A stretch of 51,091 bases of DNA from an uncultured Clostridia bacterium. Lineage in GTDB: Bacteria; Bacillota; Clostridia; Oscillospirales; Oscillospiraceae. Each line of letters opens with the position of its first letter. Positions within the stretch are counted from its first letter, which is position 1. This document shows positions 41,842-51,091 of this stretch, piece by piece. Location of the stretch: positions 1 through 51,091 of the forward strand of contig CAMNHH010000001.1 in assembly GCA_946539175.1 (NCBI GenBank). The letters run 5' to 3'. The position numbers and the translations under genes are program-made. Below the pieces are notes generated by a model. It saw only the letters and a list, made by a program, of their open reading frames with translations. It did not search any database and was not told the origin of the DNA.

Positions 41842-42240
41842 TTACAAGCAGGAATTCTTTCGTGCTCCGGCGCCAAGCAGGGCGCCCAAAAGGATGGATG
41901 CGCCGCTTAGCAGAAGCGCCCAGGTCCAGGCCGGCTGCTTCAGTCCTGTTCCCATGGTGCAGCCCAGCGTCAACAGCAGCAAACAGCACCCCGCCCCGGC
42001 GGTCCAGAGAAAGCGCTTGCTTTTTGCAGCACGAGCAGTCAGGTAACAGCAGAGCAGCGAGGATAAACCGTAAGCCGACTTCGCAATCCCCTGCACGTTC
42101 TCCAAGCTCAACGCAGACTTATGCGCCGCAAGCGCCAGGGTGCTGATCAGTAGCAGCATCGCCAAGCCGCCGCAGGCAAGTCCCTGCAGCAGTGGGGATC
42201 GCAGGGCCCCTCCCCTTCCGGTTTTCAGCGTTTTTTTCAT
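41842..42240 (-). CDS. Small 4-TM membrane protein (YrzE/TIGR04086-like, tentative)
   Basis: ORF trimmed to ATG 42240 after GGAGGGA. 132 aa, four hydrophobic segments rich in G/A/L/C. Confidence 0.55.
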   Translation of the reverse strand: MKKTLKTGRGGALRSPLLQGLACGGLAMLLLISTLALAAHKSALSLENVQGIAKSAYGLSSLLCCYLTARAAKSKRFLWTAGAGCCLLLLTLGCTMGTGLKQPAWTWALLLSGASILLGALLGAGARKNSCL

Positions 42241-42376
42241 AGTGCGTTCCCTCCTTTGCTGCATCCTATGTTCCAAATCGCTTGCTCATGAAAGAAAAGT
42301 ACTTGTGTTTTCGTCTGATTTCACGTATACTGGAACCAGAGGATGCCTGTTCTGCTCTGATTTGGAGGACTGCAAG

Positions 42377-42796
42377 ATGTATTTCAGAGAACCTCACAAA
42401 CCCAAATGCGCTGTGATCTTCGCCCGGCAGGATCCGGAGATCAATAATCTCAACACCGTCGACACACAGGAGGCCATCTGTCGACGTTACTGCAACGACA
42501 ACGGGATTCCGGTGCTGCGTTCCGTACGCATTCGCTGCGGGTCCCAGGAGGCGCTGGAGCTTCTGCGATATCTGCTTCGGACACTGCCTCCGGAAGTGGA
42601 TACCGTTTTCGCCTACAATGCCACGACCTACTCTATTCTGCTGCGGGAGCTGGGGCTTTTATGTCTGCAGTTTCAGTGCCGAAAAACCTGGCTTTGCAGT
42701 CTGGACATAACCGGACGCATGTATCAGGAATTTCATATGATTACGCCGGAGGATATGCGAGAGGCGAACCAGCGTTATCTGGAGGCCATCCAATAG
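42377..42796 (+). CDS. Hypothetical protein with degenerate resolvase-like N-terminus
   Basis: ATG 42377 follows GGAGGA. CAVIFARQDPE...VDTQEAICRRYCNDNGIPV mimics the serine-recombinase block AxIYARVSSxxQ...Q...C..Y....G but lacks the catalytic Ser. Confidence 0.5.
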   Translation: MYFREPHKPKCAVIFARQDPEINNLNTVDTQEAICRRYCNDNGIPVLRSVRIRCGSQEALELLRYLLRTLPPEVDTVFAYNATTYSILLRELGLLCLQFQCRKTWLCSLDITGRMYQEFHMITPEDMREANQRYLEAIQ

Positions 42797-43015
42797 AATG
42801 CCGTCCTCTACCATTCACGGCTTTCTTCTGCGCTTCAGTTTATTCTTTGCCGCATAACAACGCTCCCCCTATGAGGACGATGACCTGTTGGTTCACCGTC
42901 ACTCATAGAGGGAGCTTATCTTTCCGTCGCGTTAAAATCTTTGAATGCCCCGCTCAGGCTTATATATTCTTTTGAATGGCCTTGCGAAAATCGGAAGCTG
43001 TTTTTCAAGCCAGAC

Positions 43016-44467
43016 TTACAGCGGTTGGGGAACGACGCGCAGCATGCTCCAGGAGCGGGGCGGCAGCAGAGACTCCGACTGTCCAGGCCGCAGCGCGCAG
43101 GGCTCGGAAACAATCCGCAGCCCCCGCAGAGTGCTCAGCTCCGCGGCAGCATAGGAACGGGGCAACTCCAGGCTAAGCTCCACGGGCTCCTCAGAGCGAT
43201 TGACCAAAAAGAAATTCATGCTGCCGTCTCTTCCCTCCACCGCTGCGCAGTCCAGATACGGAACATTGCTGCGGAACGCGCAGTCATAGTGCGGGACCTC
43301 CGACTCCAGCGTCAGCGCGGTGCCGCGACCAAAGCGGGAGGCCAGCAGGAAAGGATAGTAGATGGTCTGGATCCGGGCAGGGCCGCCGGGCTCCGTCATG
43401 ATGGGCGCGATCACGTTGACAAGCTGGGCCAGGCAGGCGATCTTGACCCGGTCCGCATGCCGCAGCAGAGCGTTCATCATGGCGCCGGTAACCAGCGGGT
43501 CCACATCGTCGTAATTCTCCTCTTCAATGGGTCTGGGCACAGTCCATTTGGGCGGAAAGATCCCCGCTTTCTGATAGTGATACCAAACATTCCACTCATC
43601 AAAGGAGAGGTGGATATCCCGGCTGCTCCCCCGGGCGGCCTTTTCCTGATCGCAGATGGCGGAAATCTCCCGAATGCTGTCCTCCATCTCCAGCGGCTTC
43701 GCCAGGAAGGATGGCAGGTCATCCTCCTCGTTGGTATAGTACTGATGCAGGGAGATGTAGTCAATATAAGGATAGCAGTGCTCCAGGACCGTCTTCTCCC
43801 AGCTTCCAAAGCTTGGCATGGCCCGGAAGGAGGAGCCGCAGGCCACCAGCTCAATGCTGGGGTCCAGCCATTTCATCATCTTGGCAGTCTCGCAGGCCGT
43901 TCTTGCGTATTCTTCAGCGGTTTTGGCGCAGATCTGCCAGGGCCCGTCCATCTCATTGCCCAGGCACCAGAGCTTGACGCCATAGGGCGCTTCCCTGCCG
44001 TTCTCCCGCCGTCGGTCTGCCCAGTAGCTGGAATGACTTCCATTGACATATTCCAGCAGCTCCACGGCCTCCCGGGGTGTTCCCGTTCCCAGATTGACCC
44101 CCAGCATGGGCTGGATTTCCAAGCGCTCACACCACTGCAGAAACTCATCTGTGCCCACTTGATTGGGTTCTAAAGCGAACCATGCAAGATCCGGGCGGAC
44201 CGGTCTTCTTTCCTTGGGCCCTATCCCATCCTTCCACTGGTAGCCAGACAAAAAATTCCCGCCGGGATAGCGGATATGAGAGAGCCGCAGGGGGCGGATC
44301 AGATCCGCTACGTCGCCCCGAAAGCCCTCGGCGTCTGCGGTGGGGTGCCCCGGCTCATAGATCCCCGTATAGACGGCACGGCCCATATGCTCAATGAAGG
44401 AGCTGTAGAGTCGATCGTCCACGGGGGCAAGGGATCCGTTGATTCGAAGTCTGGCGCGCATTGTCAT
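43016..44467 (-). CDS. Alpha-L-arabinofuranosidase, GH51
   Basis: IEHMGRAVYTGIYEP, IRYPGGNFLSGYQWKDGIGP, CLGNEMDGPWQ (acid/base Glu block). Start at 44467 or 44461. Abuts the LacI stop. Confidence 0.9.
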   Translation of the reverse strand: MTMRARLRINGSLAPVDDRLYSSFIEHMGRAVYTGIYEPGHPTADAEGFRGDVADLIRPLRLSHIRYPGGNFLSGYQWKDGIGPKERRPVRPDLAWFALEPNQVGTDEFLQWCERLEIQPMLGVNLGTGTPREAVELLEYVNGSHSSYWADRRRENGREAPYGVKLWCLGNEMDGPWQICAKTAEEYARTACETAKMMKWLDPSIELVACGSSFRAMPSFGSWEKTVLEHCYPYIDYISLHQYYTNEEDDLPSFLAKPLEMEDSIREISAICDQEKAARGSSRDIHLSFDEWNVWYHYQKAGIFPPKWTVPRPIEEENYDDVDPLVTGAMMNALLRHADRVKIACLAQLVNVIAPIMTEPGGPARIQTIYYPFLLASRFGRGTALTLESEVPHYDCAFRSNVPYLDCAAVEGRDGSMNFFLVNRSEEPVELSLELPRSYAAAELSTLRGLRIVSEPCALRPGQSESLLPPRSWSMLRVVPQPL

Positions 44468-45492
44468 TCCTCTTTTCGTAAGGTGGATTCCCGTTCGATA
44501 AACGTACAGGGCAGCTTGGTCAGCAGAGCAGGCGTCTCCCCGTCAGAAATCAGCTTCAGCAGATGTTCGGCAGCGGTTTGTCCAATCTCAAACAGCGGCA
44601 GCGCCACGGTGGAGAGCCGGGGGCGACAGACCTGGCAAATCTCCCGGTTGTCGAAGCCCACCAGCTGAAGCTCCCTGCCCACTGCAACGCCCCTCGCGCT
44701 GCAGCAATCCAGAACCCCGAGGGCCATGTTGTCGTTGTGGGCGTAAACGGCATCGACACCCGCGTCCAATAGCTGCCCGGTGAGCTGATACCCGCTGTCC
44801 CGTTCCCAGTCACCGGTGAGGGTAAGGACAGGGTTATACGGAACATTGTGATCATACAGGGCACGCATCAGTCCCCGGGCCCGGGACATGCTGTGGAGGC
44901 TGTCCATGGGGCCGGTGATCATACCGATGCGTGTCGCTCCGTTCTGCAGCAGTCGCTCCGTCAGATCATAGGAGGCAGTCTCATCGTCATAAACCACGGA
45001 GGGCAGGCTCTCGCATGTACAGTAAGCGCATACAAAGGGAAGCTCATTGTACTCCGCCAGCAGCGGCACCTGATGACTGTGGCTGCCGATATAGATAACA
45101 CCCGCCACCTGCTTGGAAAGAAGCATATCAAGCGCCTCCCGGATCAGAGACGCATGGACAGTCGGTTCCGGCATTCTGTGACCAAAGTGCTTGAACAGCC
45201 GCAGGTTTGCCAAAATATAGTGATAACCAACATTGTCACAGCCAACAGCGATCCCGTCGATGATCTCCGGCGTATTAAAAACCGTCAGATCCTCCGCAAT
45301 GATGCCGATGGTACGAGCAATGCCGGACTTCAAACTTCTGGCATTGAGATTTGGACGATAGTTAAGCTCTTGTGCAACGTTTAAAATCAACTGCCGAGTG
45401 TCCTCTTTCACGCCGGTTTTCCCGTTCAGAACCTTGCTGACGGTGGCGATAGAAACATTAGCCCGCTGTGCGATGGAACGGATTGTAGCCAT
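44464..45492 (-). CDS. LacI family transcriptional regulator
   Basis: ORF trimmed to ATG 45492 after GGAGG. HTH MATIRSIAQRANVSIATVSKVLNG plus a periplasmic-binding-protein-like sugar domain. Confidence 0.9.
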   Translation of the reverse strand: MATIRSIAQRANVSIATVSKVLNGKTGVKEDTRQLILNVAQELNYRPNLNARSLKSGIARTIGIIAEDLTVFNTPEIIDGIAVGCDNVGYHYILANLRLFKHFGHRMPEPTVHASLIREALDMLLSKQVAGVIYIGSHSHQVPLLAEYNELPFVCAYCTCESLPSVVYDDETASYDLTERLLQNGATRIGMITGPMDSLHSMSRARGLMRALYDHNVPYNPVLTLTGDWERDSGYQLTGQLLDAGVDAVYAHNDNMALGVLDCCSARGVAVGRELQLVGFDNREICQVCRPRLSTVALPLFEIGQTAAEHLLKLISDGETPALLTKLPCTFIERESTLRKEE

Positions 45493-45685
45493 TGGGTGGA
45501 GCCTCCAAAAGATTGATGGGAACAATGCAATTCTGTTCAACATATTTTAGTATACAACGCTTTACTGAAAAATCAAGAGCGTTTCTTGAAATTGTTGAAT
45601 GTGCATAATATCATCAATAAAAAAACAGCAAAATGAATAATTTACAAATCAATCAAACTGGTGTATAGTATTAATCAAGATGGAG

Positions 45686-45695
45686 TAAACGTTTA
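45686..45695. promoter_or_regulatory. Perfect palindrome TAAACGTTTA (LacI-family operator candidate)
   Basis: Lies in the divergent lacI/GH127 intergenic region, about 130 nt upstream of the GH127 start. Matches the core of LacI-family TGTAAACGTTTACA-type operators. Confidence 0.35.
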
Positions 45696-45825
45696 ATATT
45701 TTGTGCGCTTCAATCTGTTTTTTCTCCGCTCATCTTTTGTTATCTGAATCGGCCTCCCCCTGCTCTGCGCCTGGAGGCCAATTTTACACACAGTATGGTA
45801 AACGATTAACTTCCAGGAGGAGCCT

Positions 45826-47793
45826 ATGAAAAACCATATCCTCGTTCCAACTCTGAGCCATATCAGAGTTACGGATCCTCTGTTTGGCAGCTATATCGAC
45901 CAGGTCAGCAGGCAGCTGCTGCCCTATCAGTGGAATGTTCTGAACGACAAACTTCCCGACGTAAAATCCTCTTACTGCATCTCCAACTTCCGCATCGCCG
46001 CAGGGTTGGAGCAGGGACATCATCGCGGTGCTGTCTTCTGTGACACGGACGCCTACAAATGGCTCGAGACCCTGGCCTACTGTTTGCAGTGCGGGCATGG
46101 GCAGGAGCTTCTCCCCGCGGCGGAGGAGCTGATCGCCTTGATCGAATCGGCGCAGGAGGAGGACGGTTATCTGCAGACTTACTTCACCGTTGACCACCCG
46201 GATCAGAAATGGAAAAACCTGGCCGAGGGCCACGAACTCTACGGCGCCGGTCATCTGATGGAGGCTGCCGTTGCATTTCATCAAGCGACGGGAAACGAAA
46301 CGATCCTTCAAGTCGCTGTCCGACTGGCGGATCTGATCTGCTGCGTTTTCGGTGACGCGCCGGATTGCTGCCATGGATACCCTGGGCACCAGGAGGTGGA
46401 GCTGGGACTGGTGAAGCTCTATCAGCTGACCGGGACACAACGTTATCTGGAGATGGCCCGGCACTTCCTCCGCATTCGGGGCCAAAAGCCCAATTATCTG
46501 ATGCGAGAGCTGGCTGAGACGGGTGACGCCCGGATCTTCCCGGAATTTGCCGACTATGATGAAAAATATGCCCAGAGCCATCTGCCCCCCGTTGAACAGC
46601 GGACGGCGGAAGGACATGCGGTGCGGGCCATGTATATGTATTCCGCAATGGCTGACATTGCCCGGGAATGCGAGGACGAGGAGCTTAAGACCGCCTGCCT
46701 GGAGCTCTGGCGGAACGTCACCGAAAAGCGGATGTACATCACCGGAGGGATCGGCTCCTCCGGCCACCTGGAGCGATTTACAACGGATTACGATCTGCCG
46801 AATGATCGCATGTATTGCGAAAGCTGTGCCTCCGTTGGGCTGATGATGTTCGGCAGACGGATGGCCGCCCTGACGGGCTCTGCCGCGTACTATGACACAG
46901 TGGAGCGGGCCCTGTGCAATACCGTCCTGGCAGGCGTTCAGGATCAGGGCGACCGGTATTTTTACGTCAATCCTCTGGAGGTGTGGCCGGACAACTGCCT
47001 GCCCTCCACCTCCATGGCCCATGTGAAGCCTGTGCGGCAGCGTTGGTTCGACGTGGCCTGCTGCCCCTCCAACATCGGCAGGACTCTGGCCTCTCTGGGG
47101 CAGTACCTCTACGCCCGGGATGAGAAATCTCTCTACGTGAATCAGTTGATCTCCTCCACGATTACCGAGGAGATTCGCGGTCTGCGCCTGCATTTGGAAA
47201 TGCAGGTTTCCCTGCAGGAAGCATTTCGAGGGGATTTTCAGCTGGAGCTGGAGGGCGAGGGTACAATCATGCTGCGAATCCGTATCCCGTCCTGGCTTGA
47301 GTATCACAGCTTCACGTTGGACGGTCGCGTAATCCGTCCGGCCGTGGAGAACGGTTACGCGGTTCTGGCCTTGTCCCGCCCCGGGGTGCAGCATTTGGTG
47401 CTGACGGGTCATACGACCCCCCGCTGGGTAACGGCAAACGCCAGAGTCCGGGCGGATCTGGGCAGGCTGGCGCTGGCATACGGTCCCTACGTCTACTGTT
47501 TGGAGCAGACCGACAACGGGGACAATCTTGCACAGATCTATGTGCGGCCCGACGCAGCCGTCACGGTGGAAGCGGGTGACCCGACGCTGCCCGGCACGCT
47601 GCCCGCTCTTCGCTTTTCCGGGCTTCGGCTGGACTCCGGCGTGGATGGGCTTTACGGTACGCCCCGTTTCCGCTTCACGGAACAACGTCTGACTGCAGTT
47701 CCCTATGGGCTCTGGTGCAACCGTCAGCCCGGGGAAATGATTGTCTGGCTCAAGGCCCTGCTGCCCGTCATGGATCATCTGATCCCGAGCTGA
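45826..47793 (+). CDS. Beta-L-arabinofuranosidase, GH127 (HypBA1/DUF1680 family)
   Basis: RBS AGGAGGAG. MYCESCASVG and VACCPSNIGR Cys motifs match the Zn/Cys catalytic centre described for HypBA1. 655 aa. Confidence 0.88.
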   Translation: MKNHILVPTLSHIRVTDPLFGSYIDQVSRQLLPYQWNVLNDKLPDVKSSYCISNFRIAAGLEQGHHRGAVFCDTDAYKWLETLAYCLQCGHGQELLPAAEELIALIESAQEEDGYLQTYFTVDHPDQKWKNLAEGHELYGAGHLMEAAVAFHQATGNETILQVAVRLADLICCVFGDAPDCCHGYPGHQEVELGLVKLYQLTGTQRYLEMARHFLRIRGQKPNYLMRELAETGDARIFPEFADYDEKYAQSHLPPVEQRTAEGHAVRAMYMYSAMADIARECEDEELKTACLELWRNVTEKRMYITGGIGSSGHLERFTTDYDLPNDRMYCESCASVGLMMFGRRMAALTGSAAYYDTVERALCNTVLAGVQDQGDRYFYVNPLEVWPDNCLPSTSMAHVKPVRQRWFDVACCPSNIGRTLASLGQYLYARDEKSLYVNQLISSTITEEIRGLRLHLEMQVSLQEAFRGDFQLELEGEGTIMLRIRIPSWLEYHSFTLDGRVIRPAVENGYAVLALSRPGVQHLVLTGHTTPRWVTANARVRADLGRLALAYGPYVYCLEQTDNGDNLAQIYVRPDAAVTVEAGDPTLPGTLPALRFSGLRLDSGVDGLYGTPRFRFTEQRLTAVPYGLWCNRQPGEMIVWLKALLPVMDHLIPS

Positions 47794-47860
47794 AACAGAA
47801 TTATACTTCGGCAGGAAGTCGATGTGTAAGATAACATCATCACCAATTATGTAAGAAAGG

Positions 47861-49273
47861 ATGAATCAAAACATGAAGAAGCTAATTTCGATTCTGCTCT
47901 GCGTCCTGCTGGTTGCCGCTCTTTTTGTTGGCTGCAACAGCACAGACAAGCCTGCCGAAACCGGCAGCAAAGACACCAAAGCCCCTGCCACCAACGCGCC
48001 TGCAACCGACGCCCCTGCAACCAACGCGCCCAGCGGCGAGAAAGTGACCATCACTTACTCCTACTGGGGCACTCCTGAAGAGGCCAAGGATACCCAGGCC
48101 ATCCTGGACAAGTTCAACGCTGAAAACGATCACATCTTCGTGGAGTTGCTGGCAATCCCCAACGAGCAGTACACCACCACCCTGAACTCCATGGCCGCCG
48201 GCAATCAGCTGCCCGACTGCGGCATCATGAATGAGAACGGCGTTCTGGACTTCGCTGCCGACGGTCTGCTGGCCGACGTCTCCTCCATGTATGAGGGCGC
48301 CTCCTCCATGCCTCTGGACTCCATCACCTTCAAGTCCAACGGCGTTCCTGTTGCCTACTCCGGCGCCAACGAGGCCCTGTTCCTGTATTACAACAAGGAC
48401 ATGTTTGACGCTGCCAATCTGGATTACCCCGACGCCCGTACTCCCATGAGCTGGGATAAGTTCGTGGAGACCGCCAAGCTGCTGACCCTGGACGCCAATG
48501 GCAAGAACGCCACTGACCCCGACTTCGACCCCAACAACATCGTGCAGTACGGCTGCAACGTGGACAACTGGACCTGGCAGCTGGAGGTTTGGGCCCTGTC
48601 CAACGGCGGCCGCTGGTTCTCCGAGGACGGCTCCGCCTGCACCATCAACAGTCCCGAGGTGGCCGAGTCCATTCAGAAGGTTGCTGACCTGTATCTGGTG
48701 GAGCATGTAGCCCAGTACCGTGACGGCCTGGAGGATTCCGGCATTCAGTCCACCATCGCTGCCGGCAACGTGGCCATGGCCACCGGTGGCGCCTGGAACG
48801 TTGGCACCTGCATGAACACCGTAGAGTTCAACTACGGCGTGGCCCGTCTGCCCGTGATGAAGAACGAAGTCACCATCGTCACCGGCGGTCCCCAGGTGGT
48901 CTTCTCCCAGACCAAGCACCTGGCCGAAGCTATGGAGTTTATCCGCTGGTACTCTCAGATCGAGAACAACTGGGGTCTGGTGGAGAGCGGCATCTGGATG
49001 CCTACTCTGGAAGAGTACTACACCAACGAAGAGCTGACCCACAAGTGGGTAGACAACCCCAACTTCCCTGCCTATGACGAGTACAAGGCTGCCGTGGTGG
49101 ACTACACCATGGAGAAGTCTGTCTCCACCTGCTGGTACTATGTGCCCCACACCAACGAGTTCCTGGAGTACCTGCGTTCTGAGCTGGGCCCCGTCTGGAC
49201 CGGCGACAAGACCGCGGCTGACGCCCTGGCAGGCGCTGACGCCCACCTGCAGGAGATCTTTAAGGGTGAATAA
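47861..49273 (+). CDS. ABC transporter sugar-binding lipoprotein (family 1 SBP)
   Basis: Lipobox LFVGC followed by an Ala/Pro/Thr-rich tether (APATNAPATDAPATNAPS). ATG 47873 is an alternative start. Confidence 0.88.
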   Translation: MNQNMKKLISILLCVLLVAALFVGCNSTDKPAETGSKDTKAPATNAPATDAPATNAPSGEKVTITYSYWGTPEEAKDTQAILDKFNAENDHIFVELLAIPNEQYTTTLNSMAAGNQLPDCGIMNENGVLDFAADGLLADVSSMYEGASSMPLDSITFKSNGVPVAYSGANEALFLYYNKDMFDAANLDYPDARTPMSWDKFVETAKLLTLDANGKNATDPDFDPNNIVQYGCNVDNWTWQLEVWALSNGGRWFSEDGSACTINSPEVAESIQKVADLYLVEHVAQYRDGLEDSGIQSTIAAGNVAMATGGAWNVGTCMNTVEFNYGVARLPVMKNEVTIVTGGPQVVFSQTKHLAEAMEFIRWYSQIENNWGLVESGIWMPTLEEYYTNEELTHKWVDNPNFPAYDEYKAAVVDYTMEKSVSTCWYYVPHTNEFLEYLRSELGPVWTGDKTAADALAGADAHLQEIFKGE

Positions 49274-49306
49274 GCCCACAGTCTGACCCCTGTATCGCGA
49301 TATCGG

Positions 49307-49340
49307 GGCGTCCGTCCGTTATCGGGCGGACGCCTCTTTT
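49307..49340 (+). terminator. Intra-operon terminator/attenuator after the SBP gene
   Basis: GGCGTCCGTCCG-TTAT-CGGGCGGACGCC (one mismatch) followed by TCTTTT. Confidence 0.6.
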
Positions 49341-49372
49341 GCATTGAATCACAAGAAATGAGGTGATCTCCC

Positions 49373-50296
49373 TTGTCCAAGCGCAGCAAAAAGCCCCGCA
49401 ACGCTTTGATGCGGGCGGAAAACCGCACCGCATATCTCTGCCTGATTCCCTCCATCATCGGTCTGATCTTCCTGACCTACGTACCTCTGCTGGAGGTCTT
49501 TGGTCTGAGCTTCTTCAGTTGGAAGGGCAACGGCTTTACCAGCTTCAGCTTTGTAGGTCTGCAGAACTATATCAAGCTGCTGACCACCGACCCCTATTTC
49601 AAGACCTCCGTAGTCGTCACCCTCTATTACACCTTCATGGCCGTCATCGGCTCCATGATCTACTCGCTGATCATTGCTCTGCTCCTAAATCGGAAAATTC
49701 CTGCCCGCGGCTTTTGGCGCGCCATCTTCTATCTTCCCTATCTTCTGCCTGCCGTGGCGGTTTACCTCGGCTGGAACTGGCTGTACAACATCAACTACGG
49801 TCTGTTTAACTTCATCCTCAACCGAGTCTTCGGCCTTTCCAGAGTTGGCTTCGTCAACGATGCAAAGTTGGTGTCCCCCTCTCTGGCTCTGGTCTCTGTG
49901 TGGCTGGCAGGCAATCTCATTGTCATCTTCCTTGCAGGTCTGCAGAACGTTCCCAAAACCTACCTGGAGGCGGCGGAGGTGGACGGTGCAAACGCCTGGC
50001 AGCGCTTCTGGCATATCACCGTTCCCTGCATGAGCCCCATCATCTTCTATAATCTTTTGATGGCCTTGATCACCAACCTTCAGGTCATCACGCCGGCTCT
50101 GGCCCTCACCAAGGGCGGACCGGGCTCCTCCTCTCGCTTCGTATCCTATGTAATGTACCAATACGCCTTTGAAAGTCGAAAGTTTGGCTATGCCGCGGCG
50201 GTGTCTGTAATGCTTTTTGTCCTGATCGGCATCTTCACGGTGATTCTGTTTGCCACCAGCAAATCCTGGATGTTCTCACAAGGAGGCGATGACTGA
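49373..50296 (+). CDS. ABC sugar transporter permease (MalF/UgpA-like)
   Basis: TTG start after GAGGTGA. Six TM helices. EAA loop LEAAEVDGANAWQRFWHITVP. Confidence 0.88.
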   Translation: MSKRSKKPRNALMRAENRTAYLCLIPSIIGLIFLTYVPLLEVFGLSFFSWKGNGFTSFSFVGLQNYIKLLTTDPYFKTSVVVTLYYTFMAVIGSMIYSLIIALLLNRKIPARGFWRAIFYLPYLLPAVAVYLGWNWLYNINYGLFNFILNRVFGLSRVGFVNDAKLVSPSLALVSVWLAGNLIVIFLAGLQNVPKTYLEAAEVDGANAWQRFWHITVPCMSPIIFYNLLMALITNLQVITPALALTKGGPGSSSRFVSYVMYQYAFESRKFGYAAAVSVMLFVLIGIFTVILFATSKSWMFSQGGDD

Positions 50297-51091
50297 TGGA
50301 AAAGCACGCAAGTCTTGCCAACCGGAAAAAGCGGGAGCGGGTCATCAACGCCGTTTGTTTTATCCTGGTGGTCTTTTTTTCCGCTCTGTGCCTGCTGCCC
50401 ATCTGGTGGATTTTCCGCTCGTCCTTGATGAGCAATAACCAGTTGTTTGCCAACGAGGTTCCCTTCTTCCCACCGGATTGGCTTTTCTCCAATTACCCGA
50501 AGGCCCTGGAAAATTTCGACTTCTGGAACTATCTGAAAAATACCATGATCATCATCGTGCCCTCGGTACTTGCGGGCACCGTCACCGCTGTGATGGGCGG
50601 ATACGCCTTTGCCCGGATGCGTTTTCGGGGCAAAAAATTCCTGTTTACTCTGGTAATTGGCTCCATGTTCCTGCCGATCATGGTTACTTTGATCCCCCTG
50701 TATATCATGTGGACCAACATATTTGAGCTGAACGGCACCTATTGGCCGCTGATCCTCCCCTACTTCTGCGGCGGCGGCGCCTTCAACATCTACCTGATCC
50801 GGCAGTTCATCATGACCATTCCCAGAGAGCTGGACGAGGCCGCCACAATCGACGGAGCGGGCCATTTCCGCATTCTGATCAGCATCATTGTACCTGCAAT
50901 CAAGGCTGCCATGATCGTGGTGGCGCTGCTGCTCTTTACTCAGATGTGGAACGATCTGATTCAGCAGTCCCTTTATATCCACGACGCCAAAAAATACACC
51001 ATCGCGCTGGGCCTTTCCCAGTTCAAGGGCTCTCTGAAGCAGGACTACTCCGCCATCATGTGCGCCACCTGTATGTCCTTTGCGCCTGGCA
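50296..51091 (+). CDS. ABC sugar transporter permease (MalG/UgpE-like), 3'-truncated by the window end
   Basis: ATG 50296 overlaps the upstream TGA. Read by eye as MEKHASLANRKKRERVINAV.... EAA loop LDEAATIDGAGHFRILISIIVP. No stop before 51091. Confidence 0.85.
   Translation, partial: MEKHASLANRKKRERVINAVCFILVVFFSALCLLPIWWIFRSSLMSNNQLFANEVPFFPPDWLFSNYPKALENFDFWNYLKNTMIIIVPSVLAGTVTAVMGGYAFARMRFRGKKFLFTLVIGSMFLPIMVTLIPLYIMWTNIFELNGTYWPLILPYFCGGGAFNIYLIRQFIMTIPRELDEAATIDGAGHFRILISIIVPAIKAAMIVVALLLFTQMWNDLIQQSLYIHDAKKYTIALGLSQFKGSLKQDYSAIMCATCMSFAPG

Noticed and set aside
45784-47778. 664-aa ORF antisense to GH127. Related cases: 465-aa ORF antisense to the SBP gene (47882-49279), 493-aa ORF antisense to LicD2/CpsC (27086-28567), and 410-aa ORF antisense to GH51 (42941-44173).
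   Set aside because: Same GC-driven antisense artefact. The sense-strand proteins carry clear family motifs, and the antisense products have none.

Overview
This 51-kb chromosomal window comes from a GC-rich Firmicute. I infer a spore-forming Clostridia, Oscillospiraceae-like, from the cotJ, cwlD and spoIIM-like genes and the GGAGG-type RBSs. Order of features: tRNA-Val, a proline iminopeptidase-family hydrolase, a visibly AT-richer pair (79-aa ORF divergent from a LysR regulator), and an initiator tRNA-fMet on the minus strand. Next comes a ~27-kb co-directional Wzx/Wzy-type surface glycopolymer locus (2957-29952). It encodes a priming sugar-phosphate transferase, a GT2, two GT4 enzymes plus one GT-B-like enzyme, two LicD-family phosphotransferases, a Wzy-like polymerase, a Wzx flippase, two O-acyl/acetyl transferases, and a CpsC/CpsD/CpsB tyrosine-kinase module at the 3' end. 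A 12.8-kb cassette (5375-18222) splits this locus. The cassette encodes a small lipoprotein, a 1578-aa secreted protein with a NAGPA-type phosphodiester glycosidase domain, a short Lgt paralogue, and a 2278-aa secreted protein with 12 InlB-B-type repeats. Both giant proteins end in the same choline-binding-type cell-wall repeat module. I consider this polymer-plus-docked-proteins arrangement the most interesting candidate system. Downstream lie yegP, pfkA, an XerC-like recombinase, radA, cwlD, a cotJA-cotJB fusion with cotJC, and tspO. A tightly packed minus-strand string follows: spoIIM-like, xerD, PqqD-like, a SipW-like Ser/His peptidase without an N-terminal anchor, and a CapD dehydratase. 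The PqqD-like/peptidase pair is a second candidate novel module. A dif-like half-site lies about 0.7 kb from xerD. The window ends with an arabinofuranoside utilisation locus (GH51, LacI, GH127, ABC importer); the last permease runs off the window. I saw no rRNA, CRISPR array, transposase or prophage genes. All calls were read by eye from the sequence and the supplied ORF track; no searches were run.
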